Notes under the pieces: model-generated
Told to the model about the DNA's origin: nothing
Databases searched by the model: none
The model's input: the letters and a program-made list of their open reading frames with translations, nothing else
Translations under genes and position numbers: made by a program
Assembly (NCBI RefSeq): GCF_000016745.1
Contig: NC_009483.1
Location: 1,530,001-1,562,000, forward strand
Direction of reading: 5' to 3'
Length of the DNA: 32,000 nucleotides
Source: Geotalea uraniireducens Rf4
GTDB taxonomy: Bacteria; Desulfobacterota; Desulfuromonadia; Geobacterales; Geobacteraceae
Shown: positions 10,792 through 19,584 of the stretch, piece after piece
How the letters are laid out: each line of letters opens with the position of its first letter
Position numbering within the stretch: position 1 is the stretch's first letter

Positions 10792-11901
10792 ATGCAACAA
10801 AATTCGAGAGTCCGAAGAATTATGCAACTCATTATCGGTTTATGCGCAGTAGTAGCGCCTCTAGTGGTGTTCGCCGCTCCGCCGGCAGGCTATCCGGCCA
10901 ACTACCAGAAGATCATCGATGCCGCCAAAAAGGAAGGTAAGCTGGTGATCTACGCCACCACCGACACCAAGGCCGCCGAGCCGATCGTCAAGGATTTCGA
11001 GAGCCTCTATCCCGATATAAAGGTCGAGTACAACGACCTGAACAGCACCGAACTGTATAACCGCTTTATCGGGGAGGCCGCAGCAGGAGGCGGAACCGGC
11101 GACATCACCTGGAGTTCCTCCATGGACCTGCAGGTCAAACTGGTCCTGGATGGACATGCCCTGACTTACAAATCGCCCGAAGCCCGCAAGCTCCCGGCTT
11201 GGGCCAACTGGAAGGACCAGGCCTACGGCACCACCTACGAGCCGATCTCCATCGTCTATAACAAACGCTTACTCAAGGGGGATGAGATACCCAAGTCCCA
11301 CGCCGACCTGGCCAGGGCGCTCGCCAACCCGAAACTCAAGGGCAAGATCGTCACCTACGATCCGGAACGGAGCGGCGTCGGCTTTTCGTACCTGACGCAG
11401 GATCTCAAGAACAACAAGGGGTTCTGGGATATGGCCAAGGCCCTCGGACACTCCGGAGTCAAGGTGTACACCAGCACAGGGGCAATGATGGAGAAGGTCA
11501 GTTCCGGCGAGGCGCTGATGGGCTACAACATCATCGGCTCCTATGCCTTCCTGAAATCCAAGAAGGACCCTTCCATCGGCTATCTCTATCCTTCGGACTA
11601 CACGGTGGTCATGTCCCGCGTCATCTTTATCTCCAAGCACGCCAAGAACCCCAATGCCGCCAAGCTCTGGCTGGATTACCTCCTCTCGGCCAGAGGCCAG
11701 CAGATCGTCTCCGACAAGGCTGACCTGTTCGCCATCCGCTCCGACATCAAGGGCGATACCACCATGGCGAAACTTTCCAAACAGTTGGGCGCCGGCGCCA
11801 AAACGATTCCAATCGGCAAGGAAACCGTTGAGTTCCTTGATCAGAAGAAGCGGCTGGATTTCCTCAAAAAATGGCAGCAGGCACTCGGGACGGTTAAATA
11901 A
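10792..11901 (+). CDS. ABC transporter periplasmic substrate-binding protein, Fe(III)-type (AfuA/FbpA-like, SBP family 1)
   Basis: Signal peptide, then KEGKLVIYATTDTKAAEPIVKDFESLYPDIKVEYNDLNSTELYNR, typical of the iron(III)/thiamine-type SBP cluster. The stop overlaps the next ATG (TAATG). Confidence 0.8.
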   Translation: MQQNSRVRRIMQLIIGLCAVVAPLVVFAAPPAGYPANYQKIIDAAKKEGKLVIYATTDTKAAEPIVKDFESLYPDIKVEYNDLNSTELYNRFIGEAAAGGGTGDITWSSSMDLQVKLVLDGHALTYKSPEARKLPAWANWKDQAYGTTYEPISIVYNKRLLKGDEIPKSHADLARALANPKLKGKIVTYDPERSGVGFSYLTQDLKNNKGFWDMAKALGHSGVKVYTSTGAMMEKVSSGEALMGYNIIGSYAFLKSKKDPSIGYLYPSDYTVVMSRVIFISKHAKNPNAAKLWLDYLLSARGQQIVSDKADLFAIRSDIKGDTTMAKLSKQLGAGAKTIPIGKETVEFLDQKKRLDFLKKWQQALGTVK

Positions 11902-13574
11902 TGAACAAGATGCCCTTATCAAAGATTGCGGTGATAATCCTCACCGCAATCGCGGTCTTCCTGCCCATCGGTCTGCTCTTTTGGCAGAGTTTTCTGGATG
12001 CGCCGTTTTTCCAGCCGGATAAGATGATCGGCCTGGACGCCTACCGGTTCATCTTCGACGACCCGGACTTCAAGCGGGCCTTTCTCAACTCCCTGTACAT
12101 CTCCTGCGGCATGGGGCTGATCGCCGTGCCGCTGGGGGGGCTGTTGGCCTTCCTCATGGTGCGCACCGACCTGCCGGGCCAACGATGGATCGAACCGCTG
12201 TTGCTGATCCCGGTATTCGTCTCGCCCATGATCCTCTGCTTCGGCTACACGGTGGCGGTCGGGCCGGTCGGCTTCATCTCCCTCTGGGTGCAAAATATCC
12301 TGGGAAGCGTGCCATGGAACCTGTATTCCATGACCAGCATCGTCCTCATCGCGGGCCTGTCACACGTCCCCCATGTCTACCTCTACTCCTCGTCGGCCCT
12401 GCGCAGTCTGGGTTCCGACGTGGAAGAGGCGGCGCGGGTGGCCGGGGCCGGGCCGCTCAGGGTAGCCGCATCCGTCAGCTTGCCCATGGTCATGCCGGCC
12501 ATGCTCTACAGCGGCGTGCTGGTCTTTTTTCTCGGTTTCCAGGTCTTCGGGCTGGCCCTGGTCCTGGGCGACCCGGAGGGTCACCTGGTGCTCGCCACCT
12601 ATCTGTACAAGTTGACCAACAAGCTGGGAACCCCTTCGTACCACCTGATGGCGGCCGTGGCCATGTGCATCGTGGCCATCACAATCCCGATGGTGCTGTC
12701 GCAGCGTTTTCTTTTGCGCAATGCCCACAAGTACATCACCCTCAAGGGGAAAGGGGCGCGCCAGCGCACCCTGCCCCTGGGGGGATGGCGCTGGGTGGCG
12801 GCCGGTCTCGTTGCCGCCTGGCTGGCCGTGACCGTGGTCATTCCTATCATCGGCGTCGTCTTCCGCGCCTTCGTAACCAACTGGGGTGAAGGTGTCACCT
12901 TCCTGGAGGCCTTTACCCTGGACAACTTCAGATCGGTCTTCGAGCAGGGCAACCTGATGCGGGGCGTCGTCAACACCATCCTGTTGGGTGTAATCGGCGG
13001 CGGCCTGTCCGTGATCTGCTTCACCTTCATCGGCCTGTCGTCCCACCGCAAGAACAACGGCAGGACAAGACTCCTGGACTACACCGTCATGACGCCACGC
13101 GCCATTCCGGGGCTTCTGGCCGGCCTGGCCTTCCTGTGGGTGTTCTTGTTCTTCCCGCCGCTGGCCCCGTTCCGCAAGACGCTCGTGAGCCTTTGGCTGG
13201 CCTACTCGGTGGTCTGGCTGGCCTACGGCATGCGCCTCGTCAGCACCTCGCTGTTGCAGGTGGGGCCCGAACTGGAGGAGTGCGCACGGGTGACCGGCGC
13301 AACGCCGGGACAGGTCAACCGCCACGTGACCGTGCCGCTGATCAAGTACGGCCTCTTGGCCAGTTGGCTGATGATCTTCATGATCTTCGAGCGTGAATAC
13401 TCCACCGGCGTCTATCTGCTCGGCCCCGGCACCGAGGTCATAGGCTCGCTCATGGTCTCCCTGTGGGGCGCGGGGGCCATCGAAATAATATCTGCCCTGT
13501 CGTTCATCAATATCTTACTGGTCAGCGTGGGGATGGGTATCGCCCTGCGCTATGGAGTGAAACTGCATGACTAG
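11901..13574 (+). CDS. ABC transporter permease, fused two-domain (FbpB/AfuB-like, about 12 TM)
   Basis: 557 aa and highly hydrophobic. Two EAA-loop-like segments (EEAARVAGAGPLR and ECARVTGATPGQ) indicate a duplicated permease domain. Confidence 0.85.
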   Translation: MNKMPLSKIAVIILTAIAVFLPIGLLFWQSFLDAPFFQPDKMIGLDAYRFIFDDPDFKRAFLNSLYISCGMGLIAVPLGGLLAFLMVRTDLPGQRWIEPLLLIPVFVSPMILCFGYTVAVGPVGFISLWVQNILGSVPWNLYSMTSIVLIAGLSHVPHVYLYSSSALRSLGSDVEEAARVAGAGPLRVAASVSLPMVMPAMLYSGVLVFFLGFQVFGLALVLGDPEGHLVLATYLYKLTNKLGTPSYHLMAAVAMCIVAITIPMVLSQRFLLRNAHKYITLKGKGARQRTLPLGGWRWVAAGLVAAWLAVTVVIPIIGVVFRAFVTNWGEGVTFLEAFTLDNFRSVFEQGNLMRGVVNTILLGVIGGGLSVICFTFIGLSSHRKNNGRTRLLDYTVMTPRAIPGLLAGLAFLWVFLFFPPLAPFRKTLVSLWLAYSVVWLAYGMRLVSTSLLQVGPELEECARVTGATPGQVNRHVTVPLIKYGLLASWLMIFMIFEREYSTGVYLLGPGTEVIGSLMVSLWGAGAIEIISALSFINILLVSVGMGIALRYGVKLHD

Positions 13575-14628
13575 CATCGAATTAAGCGTACATGATCTGC
13601 ACGTCACCCTCGGCAAAAATCATATCCTCAAGGGAGTCAGCCTGGATGTGAACAAGGGTGAGATCGTCGCCCTGTTGGGCCCTTCGGGGAGCGGCAAGAC
13701 GACCCTGCTCCGCTCCATCGCGGGGCTGGAACTCCCGAGCCATGGCTCCATCCGCATCGGCGAACAGATGGTATTCGAGTCGGCCAAGAAAATCGAGGTT
13801 TCGGTGGAGAAGCGCTGTCTCGGTTTCGTCTTCCAATCCTACGCCCTCTGGCCGCACCGAACCGTCTACGAGAACGTGGCCTACGGCCTCAAGCTGCGCA
13901 AGGTTCCCGATGGAGAGATCAGGCAGCGGGTCCAGGAGGTGTTGGCCAACCTGGGACTCGGCGATCTCAGCGAACGCCATCCGCACCAGCTCTCCGGCGG
14001 CCAGCAGCAGCGCGTCGCCCTGGCCCGCTCCCTGGTCTACAACCCCCAGGTGATCCTGCTCGACGAACCGCTCTCCAACCTGGACGCCAAACTGCGCGAG
14101 GAGGCTCGCATCTGGCTGCGCCAGTTGATCATCGACCTCAACCTGTCGGCGGTCTGCGTGACCCATGACCAGGCAGAGGCCATGGCCATGGCCGACAAGG
14201 TCGTCCTGCTCAAGGACGGGGTGATCGAACAGGCCGGCACGCCGCAGGAGATGTACGGCGCACCCAAATCCCTCTTCGTGGCCGAATTCATGGGGGCCAA
14301 CAACACCATCAGCGGCCTGGTCACCGATGTTGACGGCGATTCGGCCCGCATCGAGGGGAACGGCTGGGCGCTCCGGGGGAGACTCCGGACGCCGCTGAAG
14401 GCCGGCGACCGGGCAACCGCGGTCGTTCGCCTGGAAAAGATCAAGCTGGCACAGACACCGAAAGAGAACTCCCTTCGCCTGCCGCTCACCGCCTCGGTCT
14501 ACCTGGGGAACACCTGGGAGTACGTCTTCGACCTGGCCGGCGCCACCATCCGCGGTTATGGCAACGAGTTCATGCAGCCGGGCGAGCAGTTGGTGGATAT
14601 CCCGGCAGAGCACTTGTGGCTGTTTTAA
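13567..14628 (+). CDS. ABC transporter ATP-binding protein (FbpC/PotA-like with a C-terminal TOBE-like domain)
   Basis: Walker A GPSGSGKTT, signature LSGGQQQRVALARSL, Walker B ILLDEPLSNLD, H-loop VTHDQ. The start overlaps the permease stop by 8 nt. Confidence 0.92.
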   Translation: MTSIELSVHDLHVTLGKNHILKGVSLDVNKGEIVALLGPSGSGKTTLLRSIAGLELPSHGSIRIGEQMVFESAKKIEVSVEKRCLGFVFQSYALWPHRTVYENVAYGLKLRKVPDGEIRQRVQEVLANLGLGDLSERHPHQLSGGQQQRVALARSLVYNPQVILLDEPLSNLDAKLREEARIWLRQLIIDLNLSAVCVTHDQAEAMAMADKVVLLKDGVIEQAGTPQEMYGAPKSLFVAEFMGANNTISGLVTDVDGDSARIEGNGWALRGRLRTPLKAGDRATAVVRLEKIKLAQTPKENSLRLPLTASVYLGNTWEYVFDLAGATIRGYGNEFMQPGEQLVDIPAEHLWLF

Positions 14629-14655
14629 ACCGATAACAATCGCAGCAAGGATGAC

Positions 14656-14826
14656 ATGACTGTTCCAAAGAATATATTTCTGCTTCGCAGGGGCCGGTCC
14701 GGCAGAGACTCCCTGATCCTCAAACAAAGCGACCTGCCGCTTCGCTTCACCTTTTCCGGCAAGTACTACGTGGTGGAATTGACCCGGAGCGGCAAATTGA
14801 TAATGAAAGCCGAAGAAGTCGCTTGA
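14656..14826 (+). CDS. candidate 56-aa small protein at the 3' end of the ABC operon (MTVPKNIFLLRRGRSGRDSLILKQSDLPLRFTFSGKYYVVELTRSGKLIMKAEEVA)
   Basis: AAGGA lies 4 nt upstream of the ATG. The ORF sits between the ATPase stop and the first terminator. It is below the ORF-track cutoff, and I recognise no family. Confidence 0.35.
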   Translation: MTVPKNIFLLRRGRSGRDSLILKQSDLPLRFTFSGKYYVVELTRSGKLIMKAEEVA

Positions 14827-14872
14827 TCTGAGCAAGCCAGAGCCGTAAGGCTGTTAGCCAGCAATGATTAGA

Positions 14873-14910
14873 GGCGGATCGCGGGGATACCCCGTATCCG
14901 CCTTCTTGCG
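14873..14910 (+). terminator. rho-independent terminator (first of a tandem pair)
   Basis: GGCGGAT..CGGGG-ATA-CCCCG..ATCCGCC bipartite stem (14873-14902), followed by TTCTTGCGTTT. Confidence 0.6.
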
Positions 14911-14944
14911 TTTAAAAAACGGAAAATCAGTAGTGCCTCCTTCA

Positions 14945-14974
14945 ATGGGGGGCAGTACGCTGCCCCCATTTTTT
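14945..14974 (+). terminator. rho-independent terminator (second of a tandem pair)
   Basis: ATGGGGGGCAG-TACG-CTGCCCCCAT stem followed by TTTTTT (14969-14974). Confidence 0.65.
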
Positions 14975-15100
14975 AAGGGAGTTCACATATCTACACATCA
15001 ATGAAAGGAGGCAGGTTCATCTGGCATTGATCGATGCAATTGTCAACCCGTTCAAGTGCAGGAGTGCGCACACGAACACATTTACTTTCAGGAGGTTGTT

Positions 15101-16452
15101 ATGAGACAGAGAAGTCTGATACGAGTTGCTCTTACCTTGGTGGCGGTAAGCTGCATGAGCACAGGGGTATTTGCCATGGAACACGAATTTCACGGTCTGC
15201 TCCGCATCAAAGGGGATTTCACCAATTTCGATCAGGCCGGGGGAAATGACGTCTGGAAAGCCTCTACAAGAGTACCGGCAAACATTCTTTCCCAGGGAGC
15301 TACGGGAAAAAGCTTCTTTTACTCGGAGCAGCGGGCCAGGCTTCTCTATATTGGCACACTGAGTGAAGACGTGAAGGTCGTGACCCAGTTTGAGATCGAT
15401 TCCCGTTGGGGCGATACCTCCCAGTCAACCGCAACGACCCGCAATGTCGGCGGCGCCATGGAAGCCGACCAGGTCAACCTGGAAACCAAGAACGTCTATA
15501 TGCAGTTCAAGGTTCCCTATCTGCCGACAACGGTGAAGGCTGGCATTATTCCATTCGACGACTCCTACAAGGGAGTATTCCTTAACACCGATATCGCCGG
15601 AGCAGTGAGCACAAGCCAGCTGAGAGACAATCTGACACTGACTGCCGGTTGGCTGCGAGGTTATGACAACAAGAATTTTAACGGAGCCGATTCCACAATT
15701 CCGGCGGTAAACAGTTCTTCGGACGGTAAGGGGACTTCCGGTTTCGTTCCCGGCCGCTACTCTCTCGATCTGGCCATCCTGGATCTCAAGTATGCCATGA
15801 GCAAGGAGCTGACAGTGGGCGGTTCCTACTACATGACGTACGATAATCTGACGAACGGCACCAACATTCTGAGCACCGTCGGCCTGAATGCGGCTGCCAC
15901 CTTCGGACCGGCGTCAGTGGACGGCTTCGTGCTCGTTCAGCTTGGTGACAACCCGACCAACAACTTCGGTCGTCCCGGTGCGAAAGTGGCAGCCTTCGCA
16001 GCCAATCTGGGGGGCAAGCTGAAGACCGGCCCCGGTATGGCACGGGCTAACCTCCTTTACTCCTCCGGCGACAACGGCAAGGGAAATGTCACGGCCTTCC
16101 AAGGGGTGAACCAGCTCGGCGACGGCAACGCCACCTCAACCTTCTCGGCAGCCAAGATGACCATGCTGATCACCAACACCAAGTATGCGGCCAATATACC
16201 GACCGTGGCATTATCAACACCGTTTCCAACTACGACATGGGGGTGATGGGCGGTTTCTTCGGCTATGATGTGAATATCGATAAAGTCTTCGGCTCCGCGA
16301 ACGTCGGCGTGGCATCCATAGCCCGTGAGAACCCCTTCAAGCCGAAGAACCAGAAGACCAACGACTTCAACAGCAACTACATCGGCACAGAGGTCAACGC
16401 CGAAATCGGGTACAAGATCAGCGAGAATCTGACCGCCAGCCTGGCTGTGGGA
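15101..16452 (+). pseudogene. outer-membrane beta-barrel porin (Geobacter-type, possibly OmpJ-like) interrupted by a frameshift near 16196-16200
   Basis: SD CAGGAGG precedes the ATG at 15101, followed by signal peptide MRQRSLIRVALTLVAVSCMSTGVFA. Alternating beta-strand pattern throughout. The frame ends at 16246 (..NIPTVALSTPFPTTTWG*), but porin-like sequence continues in the frame shifted by one nucleotide (TDRGIINTVSNYDMGVMGGFFGYDVN...IGTEVNAEIGYKISENLTASLAVG). Confidence 0.6.
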
Positions 16453-17376
16453 CGCAAACTCCCTTCCGGTGAGCGCGAACTTTTTCTGGCCGGCGACCGG
16501 ATCATTCGCTATTACCATCAGGGAACCGAGCTGAAGCAGGTTTCCGAAACAGCAATCGACAAGACGGCAAAGATCCTCGGCATTGACACCGCCGATCTTG
16601 ACGGTGACGGGATCCCCGAAGTCTATGTCACCATAATCGACAGGGAAACACTGGTTTCACAGGTCTATCTGCCGCATGAGGGGAGGCTTGAAAAGATTGC
16701 GGAAGGACTTCCCTACTTCTTCCGGGGGATCGAGGATGATGACAAGGGGAGGAAAATCCTTGTCCAGGAGATGGGGGTAAACGGGGAGTTTTACGGCGGT
16801 GTGCTGGAGCTGGCCAAGACGGGAACGAAGTTCGAAACGAGGAATCCCCGGAAACTCCCCCGGTCCGGTAATCTTTACAACTTCAACTCCTTTTCCGATG
16901 CTGCCGGAAAAGGCTATCACGTGATCATGAACGGTGACGGTTACCTCGTCGTTACGTCCCGGGACGGCAGAGAATTGTGGCAGAGCGGCGAAAAATTCGG
17001 TGGCTCGGACAGATACTACAAGCGGGAAACCCTGGAAGAGAGGACCTCTTTCGGCGACCAGTACCGCTGGTTCTTCCTCGCCCAGCGCATGATCGTCACG
17101 CCGCGGGGAGAACTGCTCGTTCCCAGGAACGACGGGTTTTTCGTCGTGGGTAACCTGCGTTCCTACAAAAAACATACGTTCCATGTTTTACGCTGGACCG
17201 GCTCGCTTCTTGAGGAAAAATGGCGCAGCAGGGAGTACCCGACCTATCTGGCTGATTTCGCCTACGATCCGGAGAGCAGAGACCTGATTCAACTGGAGGT
17301 GATTCAGGGTGTGAGCCTTGTCAGCAAAGGACAGTCGGTGATTTCGGTGAAACGGTTTCCAGAGGGTGAACATTGA
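16237..17376 (+). CDS. chimeric ORF: porin C-terminal strands (to about 16452) fused in frame to an FG-GAP/VCBS-repeat-like protein that lacks its own signal peptide
   Basis: The first roughly 70 aa continue the upstream porin. From about 16495 the sequence changes character (GDRIIRYYHQGTELKQV...IDTADLDGDGIPEVYVT, an FG-GAP-like Ca-binding loop, then a beta-propeller-like repeat pattern). There is no SD or signal peptide at the ATG at 16237. Confidence 0.5.
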   Translation: MGVMGGFFGYDVNIDKVFGSANVGVASIARENPFKPKNQKTNDFNSNYIGTEVNAEIGYKISENLTASLAVGRKLPSGERELFLAGDRIIRYYHQGTELKQVSETAIDKTAKILGIDTADLDGDGIPEVYVTIIDRETLVSQVYLPHEGRLEKIAEGLPYFFRGIEDDDKGRKILVQEMGVNGEFYGGVLELAKTGTKFETRNPRKLPRSGNLYNFNSFSDAAGKGYHVIMNGDGYLVVTSRDGRELWQSGEKFGGSDRYYKRETLEERTSFGDQYRWFFLAQRMIVTPRGELLVPRNDGFFVVGNLRSYKKHTFHVLRWTGSLLEEKWRSREYPTYLADFAYDPESRDLIQLEVIQGVSLVSKGQSVISVKRFPEGEH

Positions 17377-17439
17377 CCTGTAAGCGGGCAATGCTGCAAA
17401 GTTGGCGTGCAACACCACCACATCAAAAGGAGGTTTATT

Positions 17440-17718
17440 ATGAAAAGAATGACCCTGCTGTTCCTGACAGTTTTAGTTGTGTTCGCAACCGTGCCTGCCG
17501 TGTCGCAGGTGACCAAGGAAGAGAAGGACATGTGCCTGCTCGCCTCGAAAAACTGTCTGAACGATGTTGACACGATCCAGAAGCGGATCAGGAAAATCCG
17601 GAACGAGATCAAGAAGGGGAAAAAGGTTTATTCAGCTGAAGAGTTGAAGAAGCTTGAACTGAAATTGCAGGAAGCGAAGTCAATTCTCGACTCGCTGGAA
17701 AATGAAAACAGGCCTTGA
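17440..17718 (+). CDS. small secreted coiled-coil protein, unknown function (92 aa)
   Basis: SD AAAGGAGG lies 6 nt before the ATG at 17440. Signal peptide MKRMTLLFLTVLVVFATVPAVSQ. The mature part is Lys/Glu-rich helical sequence with a CxxxxxxC pair. The track ORF start at 17407 is unlikely. Confidence 0.6.
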   Translation: MKRMTLLFLTVLVVFATVPAVSQVTKEEKDMCLLASKNCLNDVDTIQKRIRKIRNEIKKGKKVYSAEELKKLELKLQEAKSILDSLENENRP

Positions 17719-17728
17719 GCACAGTATT

Positions 17729-17759
17729 GCGGGTGGGAGATCCATTTTCTCCCACCCGC
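17729..17759 (+). terminator. strong hairpin after the small secreted protein gene (attenuator or terminator without a U tract)
   Basis: Perfect 12-bp stem GCGGGTGGGAGA / TCTCCCACCCGC with a 7-nt loop, 11 nt after the stop codon. Confidence 0.4.
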
Positions 17760-17784
17760 GGATCGGCCCCGGGGCTCTGTCACC

Positions 17785-19584
17785 ATGAAGAGAGGTGCAT
17801 TGGGTACTGGAGGCGGACTGGAGCATACAATGCTACATCAGATAATTCACTCGATCAGGTGGTTGCGGTTTCCGGCCACGCTCACCCTGTTCTTTCTCCT
17901 ATTCGCGACGGCTCCCTTCACCGAGGCCTTTGCCGGAGAGAAGACCATCCGCGTCGGTGGCAATCACGACTATCCGCCCTACGAATTGGTCGACAAAAAC
18001 GGTCAACCGGCAGGTTTCACGGTTGATCTGCTTCGGGCAATCGCCGAGGTCATGGGCATGAACGTCGATATCCACCTGGGCGAGTGGGCCAAGAGGCACG
18101 ACGACCTGAAAAACGGCATGATCGATATGACCCTGGGGATGAACAACTCGGAGGAGCGGGACAAGATCTTCGATTTCACCTCGCCCCACACGATTGTCCA
18201 ACAGGCAATCTTTGCGCGCCGGGACTCACCAGTCGTCAGCTCCCTGGAGCAGTTGCGCGGGAAGAAGGTGATACTCCATCGTAACGGGATCATGCACGAG
18301 CGCCTCAGGCAGCTCGGTTTCGAGAAGGATCTGATGTACGCCGATACGCCGGCGGGTTCCCTCCGCCTGCTGGCATCCGGGCAAGGGGATTACGCCGTGG
18401 TTGCCTTACTCCCCGGGATGTATATCATCCGGGAAAACAAGCTTACCAACCTCGTCCCCGTGGCGCGGAATGTGGCCTCGTTCAAGTTTTCCTTCGCCGT
18501 GCGGGATGGAAACACGGAACTGCTCTCACAGTTGAACGAGGGGCTGGCTATCCTTAAAAAAACCGGACAGTACCAGGTGATTTATGACAAGTGGCTCGGG
18601 GTGCTGGAGCCTGCGCGGGTTTCGTGGGAAAAGGTCATTCAGTATGGTGCCATGGTTCTGGTTCCGCTCATGCTTCTTCTCACAGGCACCGTCGTCTGGT
18701 CGCGCACCCTTCAGAAAAAGGTGATCCAGCGCACCGAAGAGCTGGCGCAGGAGGTGGCCGAAAAAAAGCTCGCACTGGAAGAATTACGCCTTCATCAAGA
18801 CAAGCTTATTCAGGCTGATAAGATGACATCACTCGGCATCCTCGTTTCGGGGGTCGCCCACGAAATCAACAATCCCAATGGTCTCATTCTCCTGAACATG
18901 CCGACCCTGAAAGAGGCTTTCCAGGATGCCGAGACGATTCTGGACGGGTATTTCCACGAACACGGCGACTTTGCGTTCGGGGGCATCCCGTACTCACGTA
19001 TGCGGGACATGCTTCCGCAACTGCTTGTCGAGATCAATGAAGGAGCAAAGAGGATCAGACGGATTGTCGACGATCTGAAAGATTTCGCTCGCCTTGATAA
19101 GACCGAATGTCTCGAACCGTTTGATCTCAATGATGTGGTATGTGTAGCAGTGCGCCTAATCGACACTACCATCCACAGTTCAACAAACAGATTTATGATA
19201 ACATGTGCCGACAACTTGCCGAAGGTGCTTGGCAATGCCCAGAGGATTGAGCAGGTTGTGGTCAATCTGATCGTAAATGCCTGTCAAGCCTTACCAAACA
19301 AGACTCGGGGCATTTCTCTCACGACGTATTATGACCGACCGGAGGGAAGCGTGGTATTACAGATAAAGGATGATGGAATCGGCATAGCTCCTGAGCACCT
19401 TTCCCGCATCACCGATCCGTTTTTCACCACCAAACGCGAGTCCGGCGGGACAGGTCTCGGGCTCTCGGTTTCTAATTCAATCATCAAGGACTACGGTGGT
19501 TCACTTGAGTTCGCTTCGACTTTCGGAGTCGGGACGACCGTTACCCTTACCTTGCGGACTATCGAACAGGAGACGCTAAAATGA
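17785..19584 (+). CDS. sensor histidine kinase with a periplasmic SBP-family-3 (amino-acid-binding-type) sensor domain; an alternative start is at 17830
   Basis: N-terminal signal/TM, then IRVGGNHDYPPYELVDKNGQPAGFTVDLLRAIA (SBP_bac_3-like), a second TM, a coiled coil, H-box SGVAHEINNPNG, N-box VVNLIVNACQAL, G1 DDGIGI and G2 GGTGLGLS. Confidence 0.87.
   Translation: MKRGALGTGGGLEHTMLHQIIHSIRWLRFPATLTLFFLLFATAPFTEAFAGEKTIRVGGNHDYPPYELVDKNGQPAGFTVDLLRAIAEVMGMNVDIHLGEWAKRHDDLKNGMIDMTLGMNNSEERDKIFDFTSPHTIVQQAIFARRDSPVVSSLEQLRGKKVILHRNGIMHERLRQLGFEKDLMYADTPAGSLRLLASGQGDYAVVALLPGMYIIRENKLTNLVPVARNVASFKFSFAVRDGNTELLSQLNEGLAILKKTGQYQVIYDKWLGVLEPARVSWEKVIQYGAMVLVPLMLLLTGTVVWSRTLQKKVIQRTEELAQEVAEKKLALEELRLHQDKLIQADKMTSLGILVSGVAHEINNPNGLILLNMPTLKEAFQDAETILDGYFHEHGDFAFGGIPYSRMRDMLPQLLVEINEGAKRIRRIVDDLKDFARLDKTECLEPFDLNDVVCVAVRLIDTTIHSSTNRFMITCADNLPKVLGNAQRIEQVVVNLIVNACQALPNKTRGISLTTYYDRPEGSVVLQIKDDGIGIAPEHLSRITDPFFTTKRESGGTGLGLSVSNSIIKDYGGSLEFASTFGVGTTVTLTLRTIEQETLK

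Noticed and set aside
13582-14835. 417-aa minus-strand ORF; similar long shadow ORFs lie at 12360-13325, 9173-10135, 5867-6484, 6629-7348, 7062-7712, 1003-1629 and 1906-2604
   Set aside because: All are antisense to or overlap genes with strong family motifs (ABC ATPase, permease, ligA, radical SAM, NodT). They have Arg/Gly/Pro-rich translations and no RBS. They are artefacts of high GC content.
15022-15038. Sigma54-like sequence TGGCATTGATCGATGCA upstream of the porin gene
   Set aside because: The GG-to-GC spacing is 13 nt rather than the strictly conserved 12, so it is unlikely to function as a -24/-12 promoter.
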